Shown here in pieces: positions 20,232 to 28,840 of a stretch of 64,000 bases of DNA. The position numbers and the translations under genes were made by a program. Each line of letters opens with the position of its first letter. Positions within the stretch are counted from its first letter, which is position 1. The notes below the pieces were generated by a model. It worked only from the letters and a program-made list of their open reading frames with translations. It ran no database searches and was not told the DNA's origin. The DNA comes from Spirochaetota bacterium (GTDB lineage Bacteria; Spirochaetota; UBA4802; UBA5550): positions 1 to 64,000 of the forward strand of contig CAXXHB010000001.1 of the NCBI GenBank assembly GCA_963664815.2. The letters run 5' to 3'.

Positions 20232-21674
20232 ATGGGTAAAAAAAGAGAAAAACTGAAAATTCTTTTTGTTGAAGATATGGATGCTGATTTTGAACTGGCA
20301 GAGAGTGAGCTTCAGAGTGACGGGATATCTTTTGATTCCTCAAGAGTTGAAAACGACTCTGATTTCCTGGATGCTTTAAAAGATTTTCAGCCCGATATTG
20401 TAATCTCGGACTACAACCTGCCGCGGTTTAACGGCATGGAAGCTCTGGGCATTGCTAAGGAATTTGACCCGTCACTCCCTTTTATTGTTTTAACCGGTAC
20501 GTTAAACGAAGAGATTGCCGTTGACTGCATGAAGGCAGGTGCAAATGACTATGTTTTAAAGGAACATATAGGGAAGCTCCCCTATGCGGTGAAAGAATCT
20601 CTCAGGTTCAGGGACGTTATGCGGAAAAAAATAAAAGCTGAAGCCGCGCTGGTTGAGAGTGAAAGCAGGCTTAAAGAGGCCCAGAAACTGGCAAAGGTAG
20701 GGGACTGGGAGTTTGACATTATCCGCCGGAAAATATCATGGTCGGATCAGGTTTACAGGATGTATGAGAGAGACCTTGCCCTGGGACCGCCGGATCCTGA
20801 AGAGGAGGCTGCATACTACACCCCGGAGCAGGGAGCCATACTGCAGCAACATTTACAGACTGTTATTAATACCGGGACCGAGCTTGATTATGAATTCACC
20901 GCCAGGCTCAAAAGCGGAAACACCCCTGTATTCAACGGAACGATGAAACCTGTGAAGGATATCAACGGCCGTGTAATAAAGATATTCGGAACAATTCAGG
21001 ATATAACGGAAAGGAAAAAGACCCTTGAGGATCTGAAAAAATCACTGAATGAAAAAAGAGAGCTGATAAAAGAGATATATCACCGTACTAAAAACAACAT
21101 GCAGGTGATAATATCTATGTTTGCACTGCATCCGGCTTATGACAATGATGAAAAGCTTGATAGGGTATTAATGGATATGGAAAACCGCATCAGAACAATG
21201 GCCCTTGTCCATGAAAAACTGTACCAGTCAAACAATCTTTCAAAACTTGACCTGGGTGAATATCTGATTGAACTTACTCATAATATCATCTCAAGTTACG
21301 GTTTCTCAAAAGATAAAATTCATGTAAATAAAAAAATGAAAAGATTTGATGTTCTGATTGATACTGCGGTTCCCTGCGGTCTTGTTGTAAACGAACTGGT
21401 ATCAAATATTGCGAAGCATGCTTTCCCGGGGGATAAAAAAGGGGAGCTGACCATAGAGCTTTCAATAGATTCGGGCGGTGAAATTAAACTTATAATTTCT
21501 GATAACGGGGAGGATTATAAAAACCAGGATGCAGAAAGATCAGATTCCATGGGGCTGCAGCTGGTAAAAAACATTGTGGAGTATCAGCTTAAGGGGAGCG
21601 TGGAAAAAGATACAGATACGGGGTTAAAGTGGATAATAAAGTTCAGGGATAATCTTTATGAGAAAAGGATTTAA
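20232..21674 (+). CDS. REC-PAS-HisKA_2 histidine kinase
   Basis: ISDYNLP; EIYHRTKNNMQVI HisKA_2 motif. Confidence 0.9.
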   Translation: MGKKREKLKILFVEDMDADFELAESELQSDGISFDSSRVENDSDFLDALKDFQPDIVISDYNLPRFNGMEALGIAKEFDPSLPFIVLTGTLNEEIAVDCMKAGANDYVLKEHIGKLPYAVKESLRFRDVMRKKIKAEAALVESESRLKEAQKLAKVGDWEFDIIRRKISWSDQVYRMYERDLALGPPDPEEEAAYYTPEQGAILQQHLQTVINTGTELDYEFTARLKSGNTPVFNGTMKPVKDINGRVIKIFGTIQDITERKKTLEDLKKSLNEKRELIKEIYHRTKNNMQVIISMFALHPAYDNDEKLDRVLMDMENRIRTMALVHEKLYQSNNLSKLDLGEYLIELTHNIISSYGFSKDKIHVNKKMKRFDVLIDTAVPCGLVVNELVSNIAKHAFPGDKKGELTIELSIDSGGEIKLIISDNGEDYKNQDAERSDSMGLQLVKNIVEYQLKGSVEKDTDTGLKWIIKFRDNLYEKRI

Positions 21675-22060
21675 TGATGAAGCCGGTAACAGTTCTTATA
21701 ACCGAGGATGAGGCTATAACCGCTTTTTTTATGGAGAGAAAGCTCCGGCAGAAGGGTTATAATGTTTTGAAACCGGTTTCATCCGGTGATGAAGCGGTTG
21801 AATCTGCAATAAAGCATAGACCGGATATTGTGCTGATGGATATACGACTGGCCGGAAAAATGGACGGCATAGAAGCAGCTGAAAAGATAAAGGGTGAACC
21901 GGGACTTGATATTCAGTTTATATTCATGAGCGGATATTCTGAGTATGAAATTAAAAAGCAGAACATAAAACTGGAGTCCCTTGCATTTATAACAAAACCG
22001 GTTAACCTGCCGGAACTTTTTAATATAATAGATTCATACATTGAGAAGCGGGATATATGA
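21674..22060 (+). CDS. single-domain response regulator
   Basis: ITEDE, VLMDIRLAGKMDG, TKP. Confidence 0.9.
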   Translation: MMKPVTVLITEDEAITAFFMERKLRQKGYNVLKPVSSGDEAVESAIKHRPDIVLMDIRLAGKMDGIEAAEKIKGEPGLDIQFIFMSGYSEYEIKKQNIKLESLAFITKPVNLPELFNIIDSYIEKRDI

Positions 22061-22117
22061 GAGCTGGCTTCATGCACAGGCGAGCCGTATCGGCTCTCTG
22101 CATTTACTCCCAGCATG

Positions 22118-22272
22118 AGCCCCCGCACAAGCCCCCGCACCCCCGGAGGGGGCAAAGCAAAATCCTTGCCCCCTCCGGGGGTGCGGGGGCTGTTAGGTTC
22201 CTGATGCTGAAGGTATACTACGCCAGCAGTGGTGCAGGTGCGGGGGCTGTTAAGTTGCTGGTGCGGGGGCTG
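22118..22272 (+). repeat. GC palindrome plus one 57-bp unit
   Basis: Same palindrome arms with loop AAGCAAAATCC, followed by GCTGTTAGGTTCCTGATGCTGAAGGTATACTACGCC. Confidence 0.88.
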
Positions 22273-22316
22273 TCAAAGCAGTTCCGGGGGAGCCTTTAAA
22301 CAGAAACGGTGAATAA

Positions 22317-24326
22317 ATGTTAAAGAGTAATCCGAATAAACCAATAAAAGTTCTGCATCTGGAAAGTTCAGCTGAGGACGCCGGGCTGGTGGCAAAGCAG
22401 CTTGAGAGTGCAGGCATAAACCTGGACATTCATTTAGTTTCAAACCGATCTGGATATATAGAAGCCATAAAACATTTGAAACCGGACTTAATTCTTTCCG
22501 GTTTTAAGCTTCCCGGTTTTGACGGAGAGGATGCATTGAACCTGGCAAAAGAACACGATCCTGACACGCCGTTTATTTTTGTTACCGGCAAAGTGGGGGA
22601 GGAGATGGCTGTAACGGCATTAAAAGGGGGGGCAACTGATTTTATATTGAAGCATAACCTGGAAAGATTACTGCCTGCTGTTACAAGGGCTCTTGAGGAA
22701 AAGCGGATCTCTTTTGAACGGAGAAAATTATTCGATGCACTTAAACTGAGCGAGGAGAGGTACAGAACACTGATTGAAAATATCCCGGTGGGGATATTCC
22801 GCACAACGCTTTCATCTCCGGGGAAGATTCTTCAGGCTAATCTCTCAATAGCACTGATGCATGGTTTTGGATCTGTGGAAGAGATGCTTAAAAATTCCGT
22901 TGAGGAGTTATATTTAAATCCTGAAGACAGGAATAAACTGAAAGCGGAAGCTATAAAAAATAAATATGTCAGGAACAGGCTTATTAAATACAGAAAAGTA
23001 ACCGGTGAGACATTCTGGGGTTCAATATCGGTCTCATGCCATTTTGATAATTCGGGGAACCCGGACTGGATGGATGGAGTTCTTGAGGATGTTAATGAAC
23101 GTGTGGAGAAAGAATCAGAATTGAGAAGAATTAATGAGGAGCATGATCTGCTTATTAATTCGCTGCAGAGCATTATTATCGGCGTTTCTGTTAATGACCG
23201 GATTACTCACTGGAACCCCTTTGCCGAAGATGTGTTCGGGATAAAAACGGAGGATATAATCGGGAAACGCTTCTTTGAAGCTGAGATCAACTGGAACTGG
23301 GAACTTATTTATGAAGCAATTGGCAGATGCATAATTACCGGAAAGAGTATCCGGGTTGATGATATGAAATTTGAGAACATTAAAGGCAAAAGCGGAATCC
23401 TGGGGCTGGCAATTAATCCCCTGAAGAGCGGAGGCGATGTACTTCATGGTTTTATGATTCTGGGCAAAGATATTACAGACCAGAAAATACTCGAAAACCA
23501 GATTCTTCAGTCAAACAAGCTTGAGGCAATCGGCCAGCTTGCAGCGGGTGTGGCACATGAAATCAATACACCTCTGCAGTATATCGGGGATAACCTGAAG
23601 TTTATTAATAAATCATTTGTCGGCCTGCTGAATATACTGGATATATCTGAGAGGGCTTTAAAGAACACCGAAGACCGGGATGCTTACCGGCGTTTGGTCA
23701 GCCAGATTGAGGAGCTGAGCAGAAAAATAAAGCTTCCGTTTCTTCTGGAGCAGATGCCCAAAGCGCTTGAGCAGTCCCTGGAGGGTATTGCCAGAGTTTC
23801 GGGGATTGTTCAGTCTATGAAATCCTTTTCACATCCCGGTACCGGAATAAAAATGCCCGCCAATATAAATAAATTAATTGAGAATACCGTTACAGTATCG
23901 AGAAACGAATGGAAGTACGATTGTGAACTTAAGCTTGATCTTGATTTAAATATACCAGAGGTGCCCTGCTTTGAATCTGAGCTGAGCCAGGTTATACTTA
24001 ACCTGATAATAAATGCCAGAGATGCGGTAGTCGAGGCAAAAGAAAATCATATTATTGAAACAGGGATTATAAAAATACGGACGGAGGAAAATGATTCATC
24101 TGTGATAATCAGAGTTGAAGATAACGGCTGTGGTATCCCGGAAGATATTCAGAATAAAATTTTCGATCCGTTTTTTACAACAAAAGAGGTAGGAAAGGGT
24201 ACCGGCCAGGGGCTGCCAATTTCACATTCAATAATAGTCGAAAAGCATGGCGGCATGCTCTATTTTGAAAGTGAATATGGAAAGGGTACAACATTTATAA
24301 TAAAACTTCCGGTGACAGCCCCCTAA
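22317..24326 (+). CDS. degenerate-REC, PAS-PAS, NtrB-like histidine kinase
   Basis: GQLAAGVAHEINTP, DPFFTTKEVGKGTGQGL; REC reads LILSGFKLP with Gly at the Asp site. Confidence 0.9.
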   Translation: MLKSNPNKPIKVLHLESSAEDAGLVAKQLESAGINLDIHLVSNRSGYIEAIKHLKPDLILSGFKLPGFDGEDALNLAKEHDPDTPFIFVTGKVGEEMAVTALKGGATDFILKHNLERLLPAVTRALEEKRISFERRKLFDALKLSEERYRTLIENIPVGIFRTTLSSPGKILQANLSIALMHGFGSVEEMLKNSVEELYLNPEDRNKLKAEAIKNKYVRNRLIKYRKVTGETFWGSISVSCHFDNSGNPDWMDGVLEDVNERVEKESELRRINEEHDLLINSLQSIIIGVSVNDRITHWNPFAEDVFGIKTEDIIGKRFFEAEINWNWELIYEAIGRCIITGKSIRVDDMKFENIKGKSGILGLAINPLKSGGDVLHGFMILGKDITDQKILENQILQSNKLEAIGQLAAGVAHEINTPLQYIGDNLKFINKSFVGLLNILDISERALKNTEDRDAYRRLVSQIEELSRKIKLPFLLEQMPKALEQSLEGIARVSGIVQSMKSFSHPGTGIKMPANINKLIENTVTVSRNEWKYDCELKLDLDLNIPEVPCFESELSQVILNLIINARDAVVEAKENHIIETGIIKIRTEENDSSVIIRVEDNGCGIPEDIQNKIFDPFFTTKEVGKGTGQGLPISHSIIVEKHGGMLYFESEYGKGTTFIIKLPVTAP

Positions 24327-24517
24327 ATCACCGACGAATCTATAAACTGCCAGCAACAGCCCCCGCACCCCCGGAGGATCTATAAACTTCCGGCAACAGC
24401 CCCCGCACCCCCGGAGGATCTATAAACTTCCGGCAACAGCCCCCGCACCCCCAGAGGATCTATAAACTGCCAGCAGCAGCCCCCTAAATCACCGACGGAT
24501 CTATAAACTATCAGCAA
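24317..24517 (+). repeat. tandem array of five ~40-bp units
   Basis: CAGCCCCCGCACCCCCGGAGGATCTATAAACTTCCGGCAA-type units at 24317, 24357, 24397, 24437 and 24477. Confidence 0.92.
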
Positions 24518-24519
24518 CA

Positions 24520-24603
24520 GCCCCCTAAATCCCCCGGCGGGGGACTTGAAAATACTGTTAAGATATTCATCGATTTTGCTTTGCCCCCTCCGGGGGTGCG
24601 GGG
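24520..24603 (+). repeat. IR plus short DUF559-gene remnant fused to a half-palindrome
   Basis: CCCCCTAAATCCCCCGGCGGGGGACTTGAAAATACTGTTA joined to AGATATTCATC; both pieces are present in the 5.9-6.0 kb locus. Confidence 0.7.
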
Positions 24604-25060
24604 GCTATTAAGTTGCTGTTACTTAAGTTATACTATGCCGGCAGTGGTGCAGGTGTGGAGGCTGTTAAGTTCATGATGCTGAAGGTATACTATACCGGCA
24701 GTGATGCGGGTGCGGGTGCTATTAAGTTGCTGTTACTTAAGTTATACTATGCCGGCAGTGGTGCAGGTGTGGAGGCTGTTAAGTTCATGATGCTGAAGGT
24801 ATACTATACCGGCAGTGGTGTGGGTGCGGGGGCCGTTAGGTTCCTGTTACTTAAGTTATACTATGCCGGCAGTGGTTCGGGTGAGGTGGCTGTTAGGTTC
24901 CTGTTGCTTAAGTTATACTACGCCGGCAGTGGTGCAGGTGCGGGGGCTGTTAGATTCCTGTTGCTTAAGGTATACTATACCGGCAGTGGTTCGGGTGCGG
25001 GGGCCGTTAGATTCCTGTTGCTGAAGGTATACTATACCGGCAGTGGTGTGGGTACGGGGT
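24604..25060 (+). repeat. tandem array of eight 57-bp units
   Basis: Units start at 24604, 24661, 24718, 24775, 24832, 24889, 24946 and 25003. Confidence 0.95.
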
Positions 25061-25344
25061 ATTCAGGGGGCTTCTGATACAGGTAAACTTACCAGATGGT
25101 ATGCCCGGGCAGACCGGGGCTAATGTGAAATGTTGGTACAATTCAGTTTGTTAAAGAAGATTTGACTTTAAAAGCATAAGCCCTGCCCCTTAAAGGGGAA
25201 TTTGCTGAGTCTGTCATCTGCTCCATTGCTAAGCGGGTTTTAGCTTTAAGTATATATTACCAGAAACCCCTTTAGGGTGACAGAAAACTCTAAATAAAAT
25301 TCAGGGGTCGTGACCCGGTGAACCATATGCAAAGACGAAGCTTT

Positions 25345-26229
25345 TCATGAAAATAACCGGCTGTTATCTACAACATAGCTTCCGATGTCGTAGACCCCTG
25401 AAGTAAACATCCAGCGTTTCCTGTACACACCGCCGGTCATCTTATTTTTATCTCTTTCACGTATCGGCATAAACCAGCACTTCTTCCTTTTTGCAATCGT
25501 TGGTTCAGCAATAAATCTCCCTTTGACCCCGCTGAACACGTTGCAGCGATATGAATTCGGTGCGTTTAGTCTTAATACCCATTCCTCCCGGAACCGCAAG
25601 GGGCGGGGGGATGATATGCCGTGCTCATGAAAGAGCATTGCGCGAAACTGTTTTATCTCTTTATAAGTTCCTGAGAAACATTCTATGAAGTTGTACTGCT
25701 TGAAAAAAAAGTTGTTTTTGTCATTAAATGAGGTGGCTTTCTGGATCCTGCGGACTGTACTTCTGCAGAAGCCGGCAATATTTTCGTTTGATCTGAAACG
25801 GTTCCCGGAAAGGAGCACCCCTGTACAGAAATTAAAAAACTTCGCTTTTGACCTGAATATCGATTCATCCGGAACCTCATACCAGTATGACCTGTTTCCG
25901 GATTTGCTGATTCCCGAGATGAGACGGCGTTCGGAATTTATCCTGAAGCGGCCGTCGGGGAGTTCAGTGAAGAGAATAGATCTGCTGAACCTCTCCGAGA
26001 GCCTTTGCATAAAACGCTTCCGGTTATTGCCGGGCCTGTGGTGGAGAGAGGCATATCTGTGCCTGGAATGCAGAATATCGCAGAGTTCTTCAAGAGAGAA
26101 GATCCCTGACCGGCCGGAAAAGTGCTGACGGGCTATTGAGAAAAACCTGTAGTCGTCAATGTCGCCGTTTCTGCTTATAACAAGCTTAATGATCCCGCGG
26201 TTGAGCCGGATCAATGGACCGGGCAGCAT
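25345..26229 (-). CDS. basic hypothetical protein, candidate replication initiator
   Basis: Arg/Phe-rich 294 aa with an HTH-like RSNENIAGFCRSTVRRIQKA segment; upstream organisation resembles rep control regions; function inferred only. Confidence 0.5.
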   Translation of the reverse strand: MLPGPLIRLNRGIIKLVISRNGDIDDYRFFSIARQHFSGRSGIFSLEELCDILHSRHRYASLHHRPGNNRKRFMQRLSERFSRSILFTELPDGRFRINSERRLISGISKSGNRSYWYEVPDESIFRSKAKFFNFCTGVLLSGNRFRSNENIAGFCRSTVRRIQKATSFNDKNNFFFKQYNFIECFSGTYKEIKQFRAMLFHEHGISSPRPLRFREEWVLRLNAPNSYRCNVFSGVKGRFIAEPTIAKRKKCWFMPIRERDKNKMTGGVYRKRWMFTSGVYDIGSYVVDNSRLFS

Positions 26230-26234
26230 TTAAA

Positions 26235-26324
26235 CTATAAGGATGCAGAAAGAGGAATACCCCCTGTCTTAATGCGGTAAAAAAGATGAATAAACAGCTG
26301 TCCGGAAAGGTTTAATTTTTTCAT
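26235..26324 (-). CDS. 29-aa leader peptide MKKLNLSGQLFIHLFYRIKTGGIPLSASL
   Basis: AGAGGG RBS before the ATG; stop lies 5 nt upstream of the 26229 ATG. Confidence 0.45.
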   Translation of the reverse strand: MKKLNLSGQLFIHLFYRIKTGGIPLSASL

Positions 26325-26364
26325 TGCGGCACCCTCTTTAGTTTTAATTTCGGGTGTTTTACAG

Positions 26365-26476
26365 TTGACAAAAGGATAACCGTGGCTGTATTTTCAGTCA
26401 GATGAATGTTATTTGTCAATTCGGGGGTAACACCCTGAACCCCGGCCTGAAGTTGCAGCTTCAGGCCGTGCTTTTA
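26365..26476 (+). ncRNA. candidate antisense countertranscript, including its promoter
   Basis: TTGACA-18-TATTTT promoter, small hairpin TTCGGGGG..CCCTGAA, then GGCCTGAAG-ttgcag-CTTCAGGCC with a T-run. Confidence 0.45.
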
Positions 26477-26818
26477 TAAAAGAACATTTAACTAACCTCT
26501 TAAAAAACCGCTTTAAAAGAAGGAGTTTTTTAAGAATTAATACACTAAATATTCCCCTCATTAAAATATGCAAATACTTTTTTTATTTGTGCGATTAAAT
26601 TTGAGTATAGTAATGAAGCTGAATGTATTCAGAGATGATAAGGCCGGATGTAAAAAGCTATTGAAAAAACTATCATGACATTAACTTTTTATAATAGAAA
26701 ATGCTCTATTCTCCCCGCCGCCAAAGACGGCGGGGAGATATAATCGTTTATTTTACACTAAAACAGATGTTAAGGAATTAACATTGGTAATATAGACATA
26801 TTTTACATTTTTTTATAT

Positions 26819-26874
26819 AATATACATAACTTTACATTATTTTGATTGAAATATAATGTAAAGTTATGTATATT
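26819..26874. promoter_or_regulatory. perfect 22-bp inverted repeat, likely XRE operator
   Basis: AATATACATAACTTTACATTAT-12 nt-ATAATGTAAAGTTATGTATATT directly upstream of the XRE-ImmA gene. Confidence 0.65.
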
Positions 26875-26905
26875 CATTCTGATGAGTTTAAACAGGAGGT
26901 ATGGA

Positions 26906-28021
26906 ATGCTTGAAGTATTAGCCAAAAACATATACAGGCTAAGAAAGGCTTCCGGATTAAAGCAGGATGAAGTGGCCGAGAAAGCCGGGTTAAGCAGAGC
27001 TGCTTACCTGGCAATTGAGAAGGGAAAGACCAACGCAAGGTCTGAGACCATTCATAAAATAGCGGAAGCACTTAATGTAAGCATAAGGGATCTGTTTATA
27101 GATGTCCCGGAGCTTAAGTCTGTAAGATTCAGAATGAGCAAAATAACTGAACAAAAAAGGAAAGCCAGAGAACAGGAGATTATCAGGATAGCTATGTGGC
27201 TCAAGGATTATAATTTTCTTGAGAATGAACTTAACAGGAAAAGGGAATACAGGCTGGCAAACATAAAAGTCAAGGATCCGGTTAAACTTGCTTCTGAAAT
27301 CAGAAAAAAGCTGGGCCTTGATGCTAATGAACCGATAAGAGATATTTATGAAGTTGTAAACAGTGCAGGTATAAAACTGCAGCTGGCAGAAATGCCGATG
27401 AATGACTTCTTCGGAGTTTCCATAGGGAAGGATGATGGAGGACCGGCTATTAGTGTGAATGTCTCTAAAGGGATAAGCATTGAAAGACAGATTTTCACTG
27501 TTGCACATGAGATGGCACACCTGATACTTCATAAGAATTCTTTCAAACCGGAGATGTTTAACGATGAACCGGTTGAAGAGAAGGAAGCGGATAAATTTGC
27601 GGGATACTTTTTAATGCCGGATAATGAATTTAAAAAGGCCCTTGAGAGATGCAAAGGGATGCACTGGGTTGATGCAATACTCACTGTTAAAAGATATTTC
27701 CGGGTAAGCTACCTTACTGTTATAAGGAGGCTGCTTGATCTTGAGATGGTCGATTCTTCTATTTACCAGAAGTTTAATGCAGAATATTTGAAGATGTACA
27801 AAATCAGCCTTAAGAATCACCAGGAGCCTGTGGCACTGAAAGAACCTGACAGCTCTTCAAATAATATTATAGTAGAGGAACGATTACACTCTCTTGTGCG
27901 TGAGGCGGTTGAAAAGGATATAATTACTATCAGCAAAGCTGCTGAGATTCTTAATATATCACACCATGATATGAACACTCTTGCGAATTCCTGGAAGGAG
28001 ATCAACTGGAAACTGAGCTGA
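26906..28021 (+). CDS. XRE HTH fused to ImmA/IrrE-family metallopeptidase (COG2856)
   Basis: N-terminal XRE HTH; RQIFTVAHEMAH HExxH; EKEADKFAGYFLMP; AGGAGG RBS. Confidence 0.9.
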   Translation: MLEVLAKNIYRLRKASGLKQDEVAEKAGLSRAAYLAIEKGKTNARSETIHKIAEALNVSIRDLFIDVPELKSVRFRMSKITEQKRKAREQEIIRIAMWLKDYNFLENELNRKREYRLANIKVKDPVKLASEIRKKLGLDANEPIRDIYEVVNSAGIKLQLAEMPMNDFFGVSIGKDDGGPAISVNVSKGISIERQIFTVAHEMAHLILHKNSFKPEMFNDEPVEEKEADKFAGYFLMPDNEFKKALERCKGMHWVDAILTVKRYFRVSYLTVIRRLLDLEMVDSSIYQKFNAEYLKMYKISLKNHQEPVALKEPDSSSNNIIVEERLHSLVREAVEKDIITISKAAEILNISHHDMNTLANSWKEINWKLS

Positions 28022-28509
28022 AAACTGTCATTACAGACGCCAATGTACTTATTGATTACCTGAACACAGATAAGAAAATTCTTAAACTGATTGCAGGGCT
28101 ATTCAAGGAAGCATTAATCCCTATCGACGTACTGAATGAGGTTGAACAGATTACCGCAAAGCAGATATCTGCCTGCGGTTTTACTGTTTATTATCCGGAC
28201 ACGGAGACCTATTATACTGCAGCGAATACGGAAAATGGTCTGTCGTTTGAGGATAATATCTGCATTATTGATTCGAAAAAATTCGGATGGGGTATTGTTA
28301 CAAATGACACAAAAATGAGGAACAAGTGTGAAGAGGAGGGGGTAAAACTTTTCTGGGGTCTTCAGCTTATGGTGATACTGGTGGAAAAAGGGAAACTTTC
28401 AAAGGATACGGCTATAAAGGCCGCTGAAAAGATAACAGAGAGTAATAAAAGGATCACAGATAAGAACCTTAAAGAATTTAAAAACAAGATAAATGCAGTT
28501 AATCTTTAA
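28006..28509 (+). CDS. PIN-domain protein, probable CTG start
   Basis: Open frame reads KTVITDANVLIDY...LSFEDNIC...VTNDTKMR, matching PIN acidic residues; AAGGAG 5 nt before CTG at 28006. Confidence 0.8.
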   Translation: METELKTVITDANVLIDYLNTDKKILKLIAGLFKEALIPIDVLNEVEQITAKQISACGFTVYYPDTETYYTAANTENGLSFEDNICIIDSKKFGWGIVTNDTKMRNKCEEEGVKLFWGLQLMVILVEKGKLSKDTAIKAAEKITESNKRITDKNLKEFKNKINAVNL

Positions 28510-28539
28510 AAAAATGCTATTATACGGGAGGAAATTATT

Positions 28540-28770
28540 ATGGCAAACAAATCACATCATGTAGTTCCCGGAGGAACAAAAGGGGGATGGGACGTTAAGA
28601 AAGGTGGTGCAGACAGGGCATCAGCCCATTTTGAAACAAAAAAGGAAGCGGTAGATGTAGCAAGAGAAATCAGCCGTAATCAGAATACCGAGCTAGTGAT
28701 TCATAATAAGAACGGCCGGATATCCCAAAAAGACAGCCATGGAAATGATCCATATCCGCCAAAGGGGTGA
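28540..28770 (+). CDS. DUF2188 family protein
   Basis: HHVVP..GGWDVKKGGA.RAS..FETKKEA...ELVIHNKNGRI...DSHGNDPYPPKG. Confidence 0.88.
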   Translation: MANKSHHVVPGGTKGGWDVKKGGADRASAHFETKKEAVDVAREISRNQNTELVIHNKNGRISQKDSHGNDPYPPKG

Positions 28771-28840
28771 TGCATGTTAGAATCAGAACTACAATAGTGG
28801 CGATTGTAAATAACAATAATCTTAATCATGAGGAGGTTGC

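Noticed and set aside
24613-25077. 154-aa repeat protein
   Set aside because: Read-through of a 57-bp (multiple of 3) non-coding array; sibling 56-bp arrays keep no frame
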